From Octopus sinensis (lineage: Eukaryota): 64,000 nucleotides of DNA. The stretch spans positions 310,001 to 374,000 of the forward strand of contig NW_021832432.1 in NCBI RefSeq assembly GCF_006345805.1, read 5' to 3'. Position 1 is the first letter of the stretch. Each line of letters starts with the position of its first letter. This document shows, piece by piece, positions 24,420 to 36,779 of the stretch. The notes below the pieces were generated by a model. It worked only from the letters and a program-made list of their open reading frames with translations, made no database searches and had not been told where the DNA came from. The position numbers were made by a program, and so were the translations under genes.

Positions 24420-25780
24420 AGAATGTATTCTATTGTTCTCTGCGTTCTCTGAAGACTTCATCTATGTAGTAATGTCTGTGATGTTGAATTGTTCTATGTT
24501 TCTATCAACACTCGATCCATATTGTCTGTGATATAGTATTTTTGTGTCTCTACCAACTCTTTATTTGTGCAGTAATGTATATTTATATATTGTAGTTCTG
24601 TGTCTCTACTAACACTTTGTGTTATAATGTGTTCTTCTGTGTCACTACCAACATCTAACCTATGTCTCTACAATACCTGTGATATTGTAGATCTATGTCT
24701 CTACAAATACTCTATCTGTAGAATTGTGTTGCCTGTGATATTGTCTCTACCAACACTTTGTATATTATTATCTGTGATATTGTACTTTACTGTCTATATC
24801 CTTACTCTACGTGTTATAACTATGTTGTCTGTCATAGTTTTTACTGTTCAATGTCTCTACATACATTTTTCCCGACTACTTAATGTCTGTGATATACTAC
24901 TTTAAGTATATCCCCAAACTCTGTCTACTAATGTTGTTTGTGATGTTGTAGTTCTATGCCTAAGTTGTTCTATGCAACATTGTCGTTCTGTGCCTATGTA
25001 GTTCTACCAACACTCTACCTGTGTACTAAAATTGTCTCAGATATTGCACTGTTGTTTATCCTCCTGTTCTTCGCCTTTACTTGTTGAGTATTGGGGTTGA
25101 TACAGCCACACTCAAGACCTGGATTCGATTCTCCTCTATTTGTTTATCAGAATCACTTACACTGTACCATATGGACTGTAGGGGACTACTAACAGTGTCC
25201 CTTTCTCCAGAAAAGAAGGATGCAACAAAGGGCTGGCAACTTATTCTCATAGAAAAACCAATACACTACTGGAATCATTCAAGGCAGTTCAGCACAGAAT
25301 GGATATAAAGCAAAAGGCCTCCACCAATACTCTACCTGTGTGCTATCATTGTCTGTGACATTGTACTGTTGTGTGATTTTACTAATGCTTTACCTGTGTA
25401 CTAATGTTGTCTTTGATATTGTACTGTTCCACATCACTACCAAGACTCTACTTGTATACAGGTGTTGTCTGTTCTGTGTCTCTACTAACACTCTACATGT
25501 GCACTATTGTTGTCTGTAATATTGTACTGAACCTTTGTCTTTCTCAAGACGACAAGTATACTAATAATGTCTGTGAAATATTTCCACATCTATACCATGA
25601 CCCTACCTGTGTACTAATGAAGTCAGTGATATTATACTGTACTCTGTCTCTTCCAAGAGACAACAGAACAATCTAATATCACAGACAACATTAATACAGA
25701 GATAGACCTGTGTTCAAATGTCTATAATTTTATACTATTCCCCACCAAAGTTGTATCAGTATTCAATTGATATTTTGTGA
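24420..25780. repeat. Old degenerate minisatellite (about 50-55 bp unit ctctaccaacactctacctgtgtactaatgttgtctgtgatattgtactgttctgtgt)
   Basis: Motifs gtctgtgatattgta and tctaccaacact recur many times; interrupted near 25055-25320. Confidence 0.75.
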
Positions 25781-25854
25781 TGTTCAACACCGTTTTCTAC
25801 CGAGGCTTTGCCAATATATTGGTGTAATATGAAATTTTAATCTTTTCTGTCCAG

Positions 25855-26052
25855 ACTGCACCAGTCAGCCAAAGATTAGAAGATGAAGAATGGTTTCATG
25901 GAGTTCTTCCTCGAGAAGAAGTACAGCGTCTTTTAGTCACTGATGGGGATTTCTTAGTTCGTGAAAGTAAGAACAAGAAAACAAATGAAGTTTTGTATGT
26001 ACTTTCTGTTTACTGGAATGGTCATAGACATTTCATTATTCAAACAAAAGAG
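25855..26052 (+). CDS. Fer: Fer exon: SH2 N-terminal part ([39 protein letters not shown]...HFIIQTKE)
   Basis: ctgtccag|ACT...GAG|gtatgt; WFHG and [10 protein letters not shown]2 motifs; 198 nt, phase 0/0. Confidence 0.96.
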
Positions 26053-26466
26053 GTATGTCTTCATCTGTTCTAATTGAATATTAATCCTTAATGTTAACCA
26101 TTGTTGCTTTGATACTAAAATTATTCTAATGACTAAATAAAAAGGTGTGTGTGTGTGTGTGTTACGAATCAAAATTTTTATAATGAATATTTATTTAAAC
26201 ACTTTACTTGCATTGTAAATTGGCTGGTGGTAGGAAGGACATTCAGTCATTAAAAACCACAGTAAAAAAGAAAGAATTGAATTTAAAAAAACAGGTGTTC
26301 TGTAAGCTGCATTGCTTATGTAGTATTGATATGGGGTAGCGGGACCCTTCAGTCTAATTACAGTAATTTCTCCAGTGCTGGTGCTATGTTAAAATGCACT
26401 GAGATAACATTGTAAAGTAGTTGGTCACTGGAAAGGCATCCTACCATTAGAAACATGTCCCCACCC

Positions 26467-26701
26467 AGAAGGCGGCAAGCTGGCAGAAACGTTAGCACAC
26501 TGGGCGAAATACTTATCAGTATTTCATCTGCCTTTACGTTCTGAGTTCAAATTCCGCCGAGGTCGGCTTTGCCTTTCATCCTTTCGGGGTCGATAAATTA
26601 AGTACCAGTTACGCACTGGGGTCGATATAATCAACTTAATCCCTTTGTCTGTCCTTGTCTGTCCCCTCTGTGTTTAGCCCCTTGTGGGCAATAAAGAAAT
26701 A
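26467..26701 (+). mobile_element. Young full-length family A SINE with 18-bp TSD
   Basis: TSD agaaacatgtccccaccc (26449-26466) / agaaacatgtctccaccc (26702-26719); many CpGs retained. Confidence 0.9.
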
Positions 26702-27689
26702 AGAAACATGTCTCCACCCTACCAAAAACTGGAATGAACAAAGTAGACATTGACTATGCATGCCACATTGCAAGCAGAGCATCTTGGAGTGCAATAACTG
26801 TGAATAAAAATTGGTTGAGGATAAAGGAAAGTCTGTACATTCTACTACAGAAAGCCTCCCTAGTGCTAGTGGGACAATAGAATGTATGTTATGTCCCTTA
26901 TATCTTCAAGTACCACTCCTGCTGTGGCTGCCGATGATGTAAGCCTCATTTAAATTGATGAAAGGATTATAACTGCAACTTTTTATATTGCAACAATGAA
27001 GATAATGTTGATGTTAGTGAAGAAATCTGCAGTTGCTGCTGCAAATAAAATGCATAATAATTTCTTTATTCTTGCTGTTTTGGATAAATTCTCTTCAGAC
27101 AATGAGCATTGAGAAGAAAACGATGCTTACTTGAGATAAAACAAAAAGGAGGAATGTGTTGAGATAAAACTGTTCTTTGACAACTGAACAAGCTCTTAGA
27201 ATTAGACAGGGAAGCCATGATTTTTTTTTTATTTGATTTTTTTTTTATTCATCTTAGATTAGTTGAGGAATTCTATCGACACTAACAAATGGAAGTTTGT
27301 AAATCTTTAAAAGAACAAACACAAAAATATATTTCTTTGCTGACTTGGATTGTTTGTCATCTGAAGTAGCATCCATAACACTACATTAGTTATCTGTGCT
27401 AATTAATCCTACTCTGCAAAAGAATGGTGAGATACTAAATAAAAAGCACCAAAGCAGCAGGCTAATTGTATTTGTACTCTTTTATGGCTTTTAGTCATTG
27501 GAGTACAGTCATGCTGGAGCACCACTTTTAATGGTTTCAGTCAATAATGTCAGCTTCAGTACTTTTATTAATTTCATCAATCACTGTTTATTAGATGGCT
27601 ATGTCTACCTACTGAGTTATGTGCCTTTAAGAATATAATTACCACACAGACACACATATTTGTGTGCATATGTGTATGTTACACCTGCC

Positions 27690-29620
27690 ATAGAATGAGT
27701 ATCCTGTATCCTGTTGGTTGTGCTCCTTCCAGGATGGAAGCCACACTCTTCTTCAACAGACTTGTGCTCCCCAACTTCCCTTCATCTCTTTTCCAGGCAC
27801 TTATTGTAGATTTTACTGGAAAGGTTCAACAAGATGATTCCTTTATGATTAGCACACTCTCTCTTGTCTCCTCTTTTAAAAATTGGGTCTATCACTCTGG
27901 ATTGCCATTGTTTTGGTGTCTTTCCGGAGATCAAAGCCACCTGGCATACACAGGTCAGTTAGAGAATACCTTCTCTATTTAGCCCTTTTCAGCAGCTTTG
28001 CCACATTTGAGCACTTTAATTGGCCTCTATGACTTCAACCTCTGTGGAGTTAGTTTTTGTCCAGCGATACACTTTTGTGTCTACCACAAAATTTTATTGT
28101 GATCAGATTTAGAAGATCAGAAAAATATTCTCCACCTCCCAAGAATGTTTATTTCTGTAAAGAGAAGGACCCCTGCTGAGTTCTTAATGGCAGGTATGGA
28201 AGAGGGCTTCTTGTTATGAAGTCAATGGGTGGTCTGCCAGTATACATCATTGGTCAATCTAAAGTCAGAGATCAGCTCAACTCCAAAGTCCTCCCATGAC
28301 TTACCCTTGAACATTTTTACTATCTTGACTGCAACATTTTTGCTTCAGTGTACCACCTGCACAGAAAGACCTGTTTCCAAGCCAAGCTTTGTAAGCCACC
28401 TTCTTTGCTTGGATAGCATTTTTTAAGCTTCCTGATTAAACCAAAGTGTTCTTTTACCATCTGGTGTCACATTGAGCAGCCTTTGTCCAAGTATTTTAAA
28501 GCCAAAGAAGACATTGCCAAACAAAACAACCTCCACTCCATTTTGAAATCCTCAGCTTGTTCAGGAAGGTCTCTCAGTTTATCTGATTTAATGTCTGTAT
28601 ATTTATTTCTGTTCCTGTTGTCTGCTAGGGCTTCCCACTTTATCCTGTATGTTTCACTAGGAGTACCAGTTTTATGTGTTCTCCCTGTTGTAGATAGTCT
28701 CGGGTTGCAGACAACTAGGTGGTGATCAGTTGATTACTCTGTCCCTTTCTTTACATGAATTTGCAACACAGAATCAAAGAAGTCAAAGATGATAACAAAA
28801 TCTATTAGTGAGCTCTGACCCAAAGTATCTTTATACCAGGTATCACTGTGATATCACCAGATATCACTGTGCTGAAAGAATATGTTCATAATGAAGAGCA
28901 CATTTCTAGCATAGGAATCTACTAAGTCCTCCTCATTTGCATTGAATTCAGGGTCCTCATTTCTCACAATCATTCCTTTCGATATCTGGTGATTGATGCC
29001 AACATGTACAATGAAGTTTCCTTGTAGGACAAATGACTCAGTTTTACCTTCAGCTAAAGCAGTAGTGACCTCATCAAGGAAGGATTTCTATTTGGCTTTG
29101 GCCTCACTGTTTGGCGCATATATTTGCAACAGCCATAGCAGACCTTCTTTTAGTCTAAGCTTCCGAAGATAAACTCTCCCACTTAGTGAAATCTATTCCA
29201 TAACATAAACAAACAGCTGGGTGTCTTGTGGTTATCCTCATTCCTGTCTGTGCAGATATAGCTGGCACCACAACTATAAAGGGATGCTGAAAAATTCCTT
29301 GCTTTAAGGCTGTCGTGAAAGGTCTGGCTGGAGGCCCTAAGTTCTGAGTTCGTTTACGGGACTTAGAAAAACTGAAGAATCACTGCAATGAGTGTGTGAA
29401 TCTGAGAGGGGAGTATATTCAATGAAATCATAATTAACTGATCCTCCTGTATTTTCTTTTACCCAAAGCCAAGAACTTTTCAGCACCCCTTCATATCTTC
29501 AAAACCTTGAAGAGGAGACACTGACTATATTTTGCCTGTAGCGTTTGGCCTCCTCTACTAGTTTCTGCTCTTTATCCGTTAGAGTTGTGACATTCCAATT
29601 TCCAATCCTTAATGGTTGCC
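27690..29620 (-). pseudogene. Degenerate RTE-clade LINE: APE endonuclease through start of RT
   Basis: Minus-strand pieces LRIGNWNVTTL, LLQIYAPNS, TWYKDTLGQSSLIDFVI, STDHHLVVC, PIFKRGDKRECANHKGIILLN, EEECGFHPGRST. Confidence 0.85.
29275..29495 (+). mobile_element. mariner-derived MITE inserted in the LINE
   Basis: TA-flanked TIRs taaagggatgctgaaaaattccttgcttt / aaagccaagaacttttcagcaccccttca; internal remnant ..CNECVNLRGEYIQ* resembles a mariner transposase C-terminus. Confidence 0.8.
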
Positions 29621-30281
29621 CCGTCCTGGACCCACTTCAGGGTCCTGGAACATGCTTCCTTTGTACTTCCACCCCACACCTCCCTGAACAAATTGCAGGC
29701 TTATTGTCGGTTCTACTGACATTGAGTTGAGACTGCAATATATTTTTCGAATAGAGCCCTCTGCCTAAAATCCAAAAGTGTTCTTTGTTAACCCACATGA
29801 CAAACAATGTGGTATATTCAATCCTTTGAACTCCTTTCATATTGCAGCTTTTAATGGTTTTATTTGCACCAGGCACCAAGCCTGTATTTGCATTTGAACC
29901 ATGAAATAAATGTGTGTGTGTTGTTAAGAAGGGTATTCAACTGTAGAAACCATGCCAAAGTAGACATTGGAGCTTGGCACAGCCTTCTTGCTCATCAGTT
30001 CACGTTGAACTGTCCAACCCATACCCACGTGGAAAAGATGTTAAACGATGATAATGATGAGGATGTACAAATGTAATATGTGTTTCTATATTTGCTTACA
30101 TTTGCACTTCTCCAAGAATTACTGAGCTATACAAGCAGTGATACTGTTGCTAGTTTCTCTGCCAATAAATCATCTGTGATATAAATTGTTTACACCTTCA
30201 AATACATATAGAATAAGAGATCCCTTGTAGCCTTGTGCTGATATCAAAAATCGTTTTTTTCTTTTTCTTTTCTTTCTTTAG

Positions 30282-30458
30282 GAGGGTTGGCATTTGGAAG
30301 GTCCCACTTTTCCAACCATCCAGCATCTCATTCATAATCAGATGACTAAAGGACAGCCTGTTACAAGTAAATCGCAAGCAATTTTGAAAAATCCAATTTT
30401 AAGAGAGCCGTGGGAATTGAAGAATGATGATATTCTTCTTGATATGAAAATTGGCAAT
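30282..30458 (+). CDS. Fer: Fer exon: SH2 end and kinase start (EGWHLEGPTFPTIQHLIHNQMTKGQPVTSKSQAILKNPILREPWELKNDDILLDMKIGN)
   Basis: tctttctttag|GAG...AAT|gtaagt; 177 nt, phase 0/0. Confidence 0.96.
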
Positions 30459-30482
30459 GTAAGTATTCTATCTTTTATCTTT

Positions 30483-30911
30483 TAGTTGTTTTGGTCATTT
30501 GACTGTGGCCATGCTGGGGCATGACCTTGAAGAGTTTTAGTCAAACTAACCGACCACGGAACTATTTTTTTAAGCCTTACACTTATTCTATTGGTCTCTT
30601 TTGCTGAACCACTAAGTTACAGAGATGTAAACACACCAACACTGGTTGTTAAGTGGTGGTGAAGGACAAACACAAACACAAAGCCACACACTTATATGTA
30701 TATATATGTATGACCGTGTGTGTACCATTGGCGATATTTTTTTCCTCCATCTTCCCTTCTCTAGATCTTTCCTTTTCCTATGTTTCTGACGAAGAGCTCC
30801 GCTCTAAATGTAAAACCCTCCTTCTTCCCTTCCTTCCTGAGAGTCCAATAATACTATATTTGTTCCACGTCCTCGCATTGTTGTGTTTTCTCTGTGTTTT
30901 CGTGTTTGGAT

Positions 30912-30972
<61 letters not shown>

Positions 30973-31272
30973 ATATATAAATGTATCTGCTGGGTGGTTG
31001 GTGTTAGGAAGGGCATCCAGCTGTAAAAATTCTGCCAAAACAATCACAGAAGTATGGTGCAGATTTCTGCCTGGCCAGCTCCTATGAAGGCAGACGTTAA
31101 ATGATGCTGATGATACATCAGGCTTCTTTCAGTTTCCATCTACCAAATCCACTCACAAGGCTTTGGTCGGCTCAAGGCTATAGTAGAAAACACTTGTTCA
31201 AGGTGCCACGCAGTGAGACTGAATCCGGAACCATGTGGTTGGGAAGCAAGCTTCTTACCACACAGCCATGCC
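30483..31272 (-). mobile_element. Minus-strand family B SINE whose central microsatellite hosts nested inserts (30716-30915 element, (TA)n, family C fragment)
   Basis: Two halves, 30483-30690 and 31118-31272, are the reverse complement of the family B pattern. Confidence 0.75.
30716..30915 (+). mobile_element. Short (TA)n-associated element with decayed hammerhead-like core (Penelope/retrozyme-like)
   Basis: CTGACGA-A-GAGC-tcc-GCTC-TAAATGTA at 30786-30812; homologous to the reverse complement of the 39077-39625 units. Confidence 0.55.
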
Positions 31273-32796
31273 TATTGAGAAACATTTCAAAGTATTTTCA
31301 AATAAGTTTTGCTAAACTGATTTTGCAGGCTTCCATGCTTGACATCTAAAGCTTTTCACGTGACATACACCATTCCTGAGGTAATTAGAAGTCAAAAGGC
31401 TGAATTAGTTCAATCAAGGAATATGACTTTCCAAACCCTTGACCAAAACAGCTTAGACCACATGGAAAATTGGCTAAGAGGTGAATCTCCCATCTCTATG
31501 AAGATATAGAGCTATCTCTCTCAACAAACAACAAGCAGAGCAGAACATCTGGCTGCTGAGTGTTGTAAGAGAGTGCAAAGACACCAAGAGGACAAGTAAC
31601 TGAAGTATGACAGTAAATCCAGACACAGTCATTGGTATGGGATTGCATTCTTGCAAAAGACATATTACAGACTTAGTTTTGATACAGTGTACCTGGGGAA
31701 AACTCAACTTCGCAGAGTTCATCCCTCTCTCCAAGTTGTACCCACGAGGAAAATTAAGCACAGCCCTGGAAACAAATGAATATTGTTGTCGATTTACAGT
31801 GCTGCTTAAGGTGATGAGTGAGCTGGCAGAATTGTTAGGATGCTTTATTTTCTGAGTTCAAATTCTGACAAGGTTGATTCTGTCTTTCTTCCTTGATAAA
31901 ATAAGTACCAGTTAATAACTGGGATCGATGTAATCAACTTACCCACTACCCCCCCAAACATGCTGGCCTTGTGCCAAAATTTGAAAGCAATTTATAGTGC
32001 TGCTGCTACTTACATCAGTAAGTTGTTTTATAGCATGCTGAACTGAGTTGTTGAGTGGTAAGGGTTGTCTTGGATAAAAAAAAACCACCAGATTTTCAAT
32101 TTGGTGCTATGAGCCCTACTCTATTAACTCATCCTTCTCTCTAGTTAATCTGTAGGCTGCAAGGATTTTCTCCTCTCTACTTCAACAAATATGATGAAAT
32201 CTATGGTTTTACTGAGGAGGCCTAATACGACCAAAATATGCCTGGAGTTGTCTCCCATACATACTAGAATAATTATAAGTCTTTAAATAATACTGTCATT
32301 TCCTCACTGTATGATTATTTCTAAATAGTTTTTTAATGCTCACTGCATTAAAAATATTAATTTTAACTTGATTATATGATATAGTAGTTGGCATCAAGTA
32401 TTCATCTCTTAAAAATTCTCCAATAGATTGTGCAACTGTTCAGTTTATAGACAGGTTTCCACCCTACTCCTTTGAAGTGTGATTATTCATAGAGAAATAT
32501 GATTAATACATATAATTTATAGAGTAAGTCTTTTCTATTTATTGCATACCAGCTGTATAAAGACTTTAGTCAACTAATCTTTGGTACGTGGCCACTAAAT
32601 GATAAGTCCCATTTTGAGAGATCTGAAGAACTTTTCTAAATGATTGAATTTGTTAACTGGAACTACCTATGCTATGCATTACATAGAAAAGGTGACATAA
32701 ATGTCTCTAAATTGATGTTTGTGCTTTAACACATAAATGTATGTAATTAGAACATTTGTATGATGTTAAATATTTTTGTCTTTTTACTTCCTTCAG

Positions 32797-33010
32797 GGTA
32801 ATTTTGGTGAAGTGTACAAGGGTAAATATAAACCAGAAGACAAGGTGGTAGCAGTAAAAACATGTCGAGATAGTTTAACCGAGGAACAACGAAAAACCTT
32901 CCTGCAAGAAGGACGTATTCTAAAACAATACGATCATCCTAATATCGTAAAATTCATTGGCATTGCAGCCCAGAGAAAACCTGTCATGATTGTCATGGAG
33001 TATGTTGAAG
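32797..33010 (+). CDS. Fer: Fer exon: kinase subdomains I-V ([25 protein letters not shown]...[30 protein letters not shown])
   Basis: ttccttcag|GGT...GAA G|gtaagg; GxGxFG split across exons; VAVK lysine. Confidence 0.97.
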
Positions 33011-33557
33011 GTAAGGCACTTAGGATTATTATGAAAAAATTTTAAAGACAAAATATTGGCTGTATGATTAAGAAGCTTGCTTTGCAACCATGTGGTTTTG
33101 GGTTCAGTCCCACTTCACAGCATCTTGAGCAAATGTCTTCTACTATCAGCCCAGGCTGTCACAATACTTTGTGAGTGACTTTGGTTGATGGAAACTATAT
33201 GGAAGCCAGTCATGTATGTGTGTCTGTGTTTGACAACTGCTGTTGGTTCCATATCCTCATAACTTAGTGGTTTGGCAAAATGGACTCACAGAATAAGCAC
33301 CGGACTTTAAAAATTAGTACTGGGGGTCAATTGTTCAACTAAAACCCTTCAAGGCAGTGCCCCAGCATGGCCACGGTCAAATGACTGAAACAAGTAAAGG
33401 AAGACATATGTATACAAATGTGTGTATTCATAATGCATATTAGTGTTACAAGAATGGAACCTTATTCTTCCAAGAACTGCATGTGCTTGTGTGTGTGTGT
33501 GTGTGCATGTGTGTCTCTTTTACTAAAGTATAATGATAACAGATCTTTACTTTTAAC

Positions 33558-33915
33558 TTTTACTTGTTTCAGTCATTAGACTGTGGCCATGCCTTGAAGA
33601 ATTTCTAGTCGAATGAATCGACCCTAGTACTTTTTTAAAATCTAGTGCTTATTTCATTGATCTCTTTTGCTGAACTGCTAGTTTACAGGGACATAAACAC
33701 GCCAACACCAGTTGTCAAGCAGTGGTGGGGTTATTGGTACAAATACACACACATATATGATGGGCTTCTTTTCAGTTTCCATCTACCAAATCCACTCACA
33801 AGGTTTTGGTTGACTTGAGGCTATAGTAGAAGGCACTTGCCCAAGGTGTCACACAGTGGGACTGAACCTTGAAGCATGTGGTTGAGAAGCGAGCTTCTTA
33901 CCACACAACCACACC
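33558..33915 (-). mobile_element. Family B SINE, minus strand, tail-to-tail with 33057-33400
   Basis: ttttacttgtttcagtcat..gagcttcttaccacacaacc is the reverse complement of the family pattern. Confidence 0.85.
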
Positions 33916-34074
33916 TGATTAAAATATTAAAAAAATAAGATTTAATATTTACACTTTAATTAATTTTACTGACCCCCTATCCAGTATGTCCACTTCCATT
34001 AGTGACCATAACTATATTTTTACCTGACTGTCACTTTATCTAATAATTATTATTTTTGCTTTGTCTTTTGTCAG

Positions 34075-34198
34075 GTGGGTCGTTGTTGTTATTTTTGCGA
34101 AAAAATGGACGACAACAAACACGAAATCAACTTGTATTAATGTGCGAGAATGCTTCTAGTGGAATGAATTACCTAGAGAGTAAAAACTGTATACACAG
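34075..34198 (+). CDS. Fer: Fer exon: kinase ([41 protein letters not shown])
   Basis: cttttgtcag|GT...CAC AG|gtattg; phase 1 to 2. Confidence 0.96.
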
Positions 34199-34523
34199 GT
34201 ATTGCTATCTTTCAGTTTTACAAATTTTCTATTTTATCAACAAAATGAATCTGGGCCTAACACTATCCAACCATTCAGCCATTCAAAACAAATATAAAAT
34301 ACATTAATGTCACCTCATGGTGAATGCATGCATACATGGCCTAGTAGTTGGCGTGTTGCACTCACTATCATAAAATTGTAGTTTCGATTCCTGTACTGGG
34401 CACTGCATTGTGTTTTTGAGCAGAACTCTTCATTTCACATTGCTCCTGTTCAGCTGTAAATCAGTTCCACTGCTGTGACGAGTCAGCATCCCATTCAAGG
34501 AGCAGTGTTGTAATCTTAGTCAT

Positions 34524-35278
34524 TTAAACTTTTAGATACCAACCCGCCTGAAACTACCCTTCGTCCTATGATACAAACTTCCCATTTTTAAATAATCTAA
34601 ATTAAAATTTCCATTGAAATTTCATGTTAATTTATGTTCCAAACCCCAGCTAAATAATGTCAGAGTTATTTTAATAATTTTTTTATTATTTTCAAAAGGC
34701 AGTGTATTTTCAAAATTATTTTCAAAAGGCTGTGAATTTTCAAAATTATTTTCAAAAGGCAGTGTATTTTCAAAATTATTTTTAAAAAGGCTGTGAATTT
34801 TCAAAATTATTTTCAAAAGGCAGTGTATTTTCAAAATTATTTTTAAAAGATAGTGTATTTTCAAAATTATTTTCAAAAGGCAGTGTATTTTCAAAATTAT
34901 TTTCAAAAGGCTGTGAATTTTCAAAATTATTTTCAAAAGGCAGTGTATTTTCAAAATTATTTTAAAAAGGCTGTGAATTTTCAAAATTATTTTCAAAAGG
35001 CAGTGTATTTTCAAAATTATTTTCAAAAGGCAGTGTATTTTCAAAATTATTTTCAAAAGGCAGTGTATTTTCAAAATTATTTTCAAAAGGCAGTGTATTT
35101 TCAAAATTATTTTCAAAAGGCTGTGAATTTTCAAAATTATTTTCAAAAGGCAGTGTATTTTCAAAATTATTTTTAAAAGATAGTGTATTTTCAAAATTAT
35201 TTTCAAAAGGCAGTGTATTTTCAAAATTATTTTCAAAAGGCAGTGTATTTCAACAGAAATATCGTAAAGAAAGGTTAA
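34524..35278. mobile_element. TTAA-bounded MITE containing a 19-copy 30-bp minisatellite (about 34685-35250)
   Basis: Flanks align to the MITE copy at 36908-37139; unit ttttcaaaattattttcaaaaggcagtgta with variants. Confidence 0.85.
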
Positions 35279-35965
35279 ACACCATACTAGATTAAATTAC
35301 AGCCCTGAGTCCTCGAGTTCATGAAAAAAGTAAAAAATGTTGCTTCATGGAAGGATCTCTGAAAGATATAGATTGGAGTTTCTTTTGTGTACAATGTATT
35401 AAAACTTGATTTTTAGTCTCAGAAAATCTGTTGTTTTCACATTCAAGTCATTTCTTGATTTTATCCGACAAATAGGATTTTCTTCCCATTACTGCCCTAT
35501 AATCTCATTTGTTGCTAAACAAATTTGCCATGTAAGTTGTGGATCCTATCTCTCTGTGCAGCCCCATAGATAAGTGTCTTGTGCCCTTTAGTCAAATAAA
35601 GCCTCCCGGGTGAAATTTAGTTGACAGACACTGTGGAAATCTGTCATAGGGGATTATTCTTGTGCTTATGTTGTTGAGTTAATCTTTTGTCTGGCATAGT
35701 AAAAATTAATTTTATTATATTTTGAAAGAGTCATATTATTAAAGCTTATAAACGTAGTCCATGCCCCCCCCACCTCAACTACTTCTTCTTTTTTTGCCTC
35801 ACCATCTTTATGGCTTTTTTTTAATGGATATAGAATTTCAAATGATGTATATTTTTTTTAAATCCAAATATTTTGAAAATTTGTATTCATTGAAAAGGCA
35901 GAGATGGTATGGAGAAAGGTAAAAAAAACCTTGAATATAGACAAACAACAGCTGTGATCATAAAC

Positions 35966-36395
35966 TTAACCCTTTAGCATTCAGATTATTCTGTGAAATG
36001 TAATGCATATTTATTCACAATGTTTTGGATTAATCATGCATTATCTGATAGCTTTGAGATTTTGATGATGTGATTGCATATTTCTAGAGTGACATTCTAA
36101 GTAGATGTGAAAGGCTGAATCTGACCAGTTTAACCCTTTCATTACCAACCTGGCTGAAACCGGCTCTGGCTCTGAGTACAAATGTCTTGTTTTCATAAGT
36201 TTTGAATTGAAATCTTCCACCAAACCTTAGTCACAATTTATGTTCCTAACACTAGCTGAATGATAACTAAGTTATTTTACCAAATTCTTTGTTATATTGA
36301 AAGTAATTGAAAGAAACACAGAGCATCTCAAAATATATACAGTAACGAAAGAGTTAAACATAAAACAGGAAAATATTTTGGCTGGATAGAGTTAA
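35966..36395. mobile_element. piggyBac-like TTAA MITE with a second TTAA MITE (36130-36357) nested in it
   Basis: Outer ttaaccctttagcatt..; inner TTAA-ccctttcattac..gtaacgaaagag-TTAA; inner family also at 50833-51061, outer family also at 44179-44710. Confidence 0.85.
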
Positions 36396-36605
36396 ATAAT
36401 ATAATTTTTACAAAATATGACAATATTGGATTCAATACATAGTTTCTGATAAAAATTCTTATGAAACAAAGAAATTCAGTGTTAAATTCCTTATTATTTT
36501 GAAAAGTAATTAAGAAGATATAACTGGTCATGAAAGGATTAAATTTTATCTTATTGTATTATTATGTTTTACATAAAGCAACCGAGTTTGAGAGATTCTT
36601 GCTAA

Positions 36606-36779
<174 letters not shown>

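Noticed and set aside
34622-35236. 204-aa KIILKIHCLL and 107-aa YFQNYFQKAV repeat ORFs
   Set aside because: Open only because the minisatellite unit is 30 bp; intronic, inside a MITE
34685-35250. CRISPR-like appearance of the 30-bp array
   Set aside because: No unique spacers, no cas genes, eukaryotic intron
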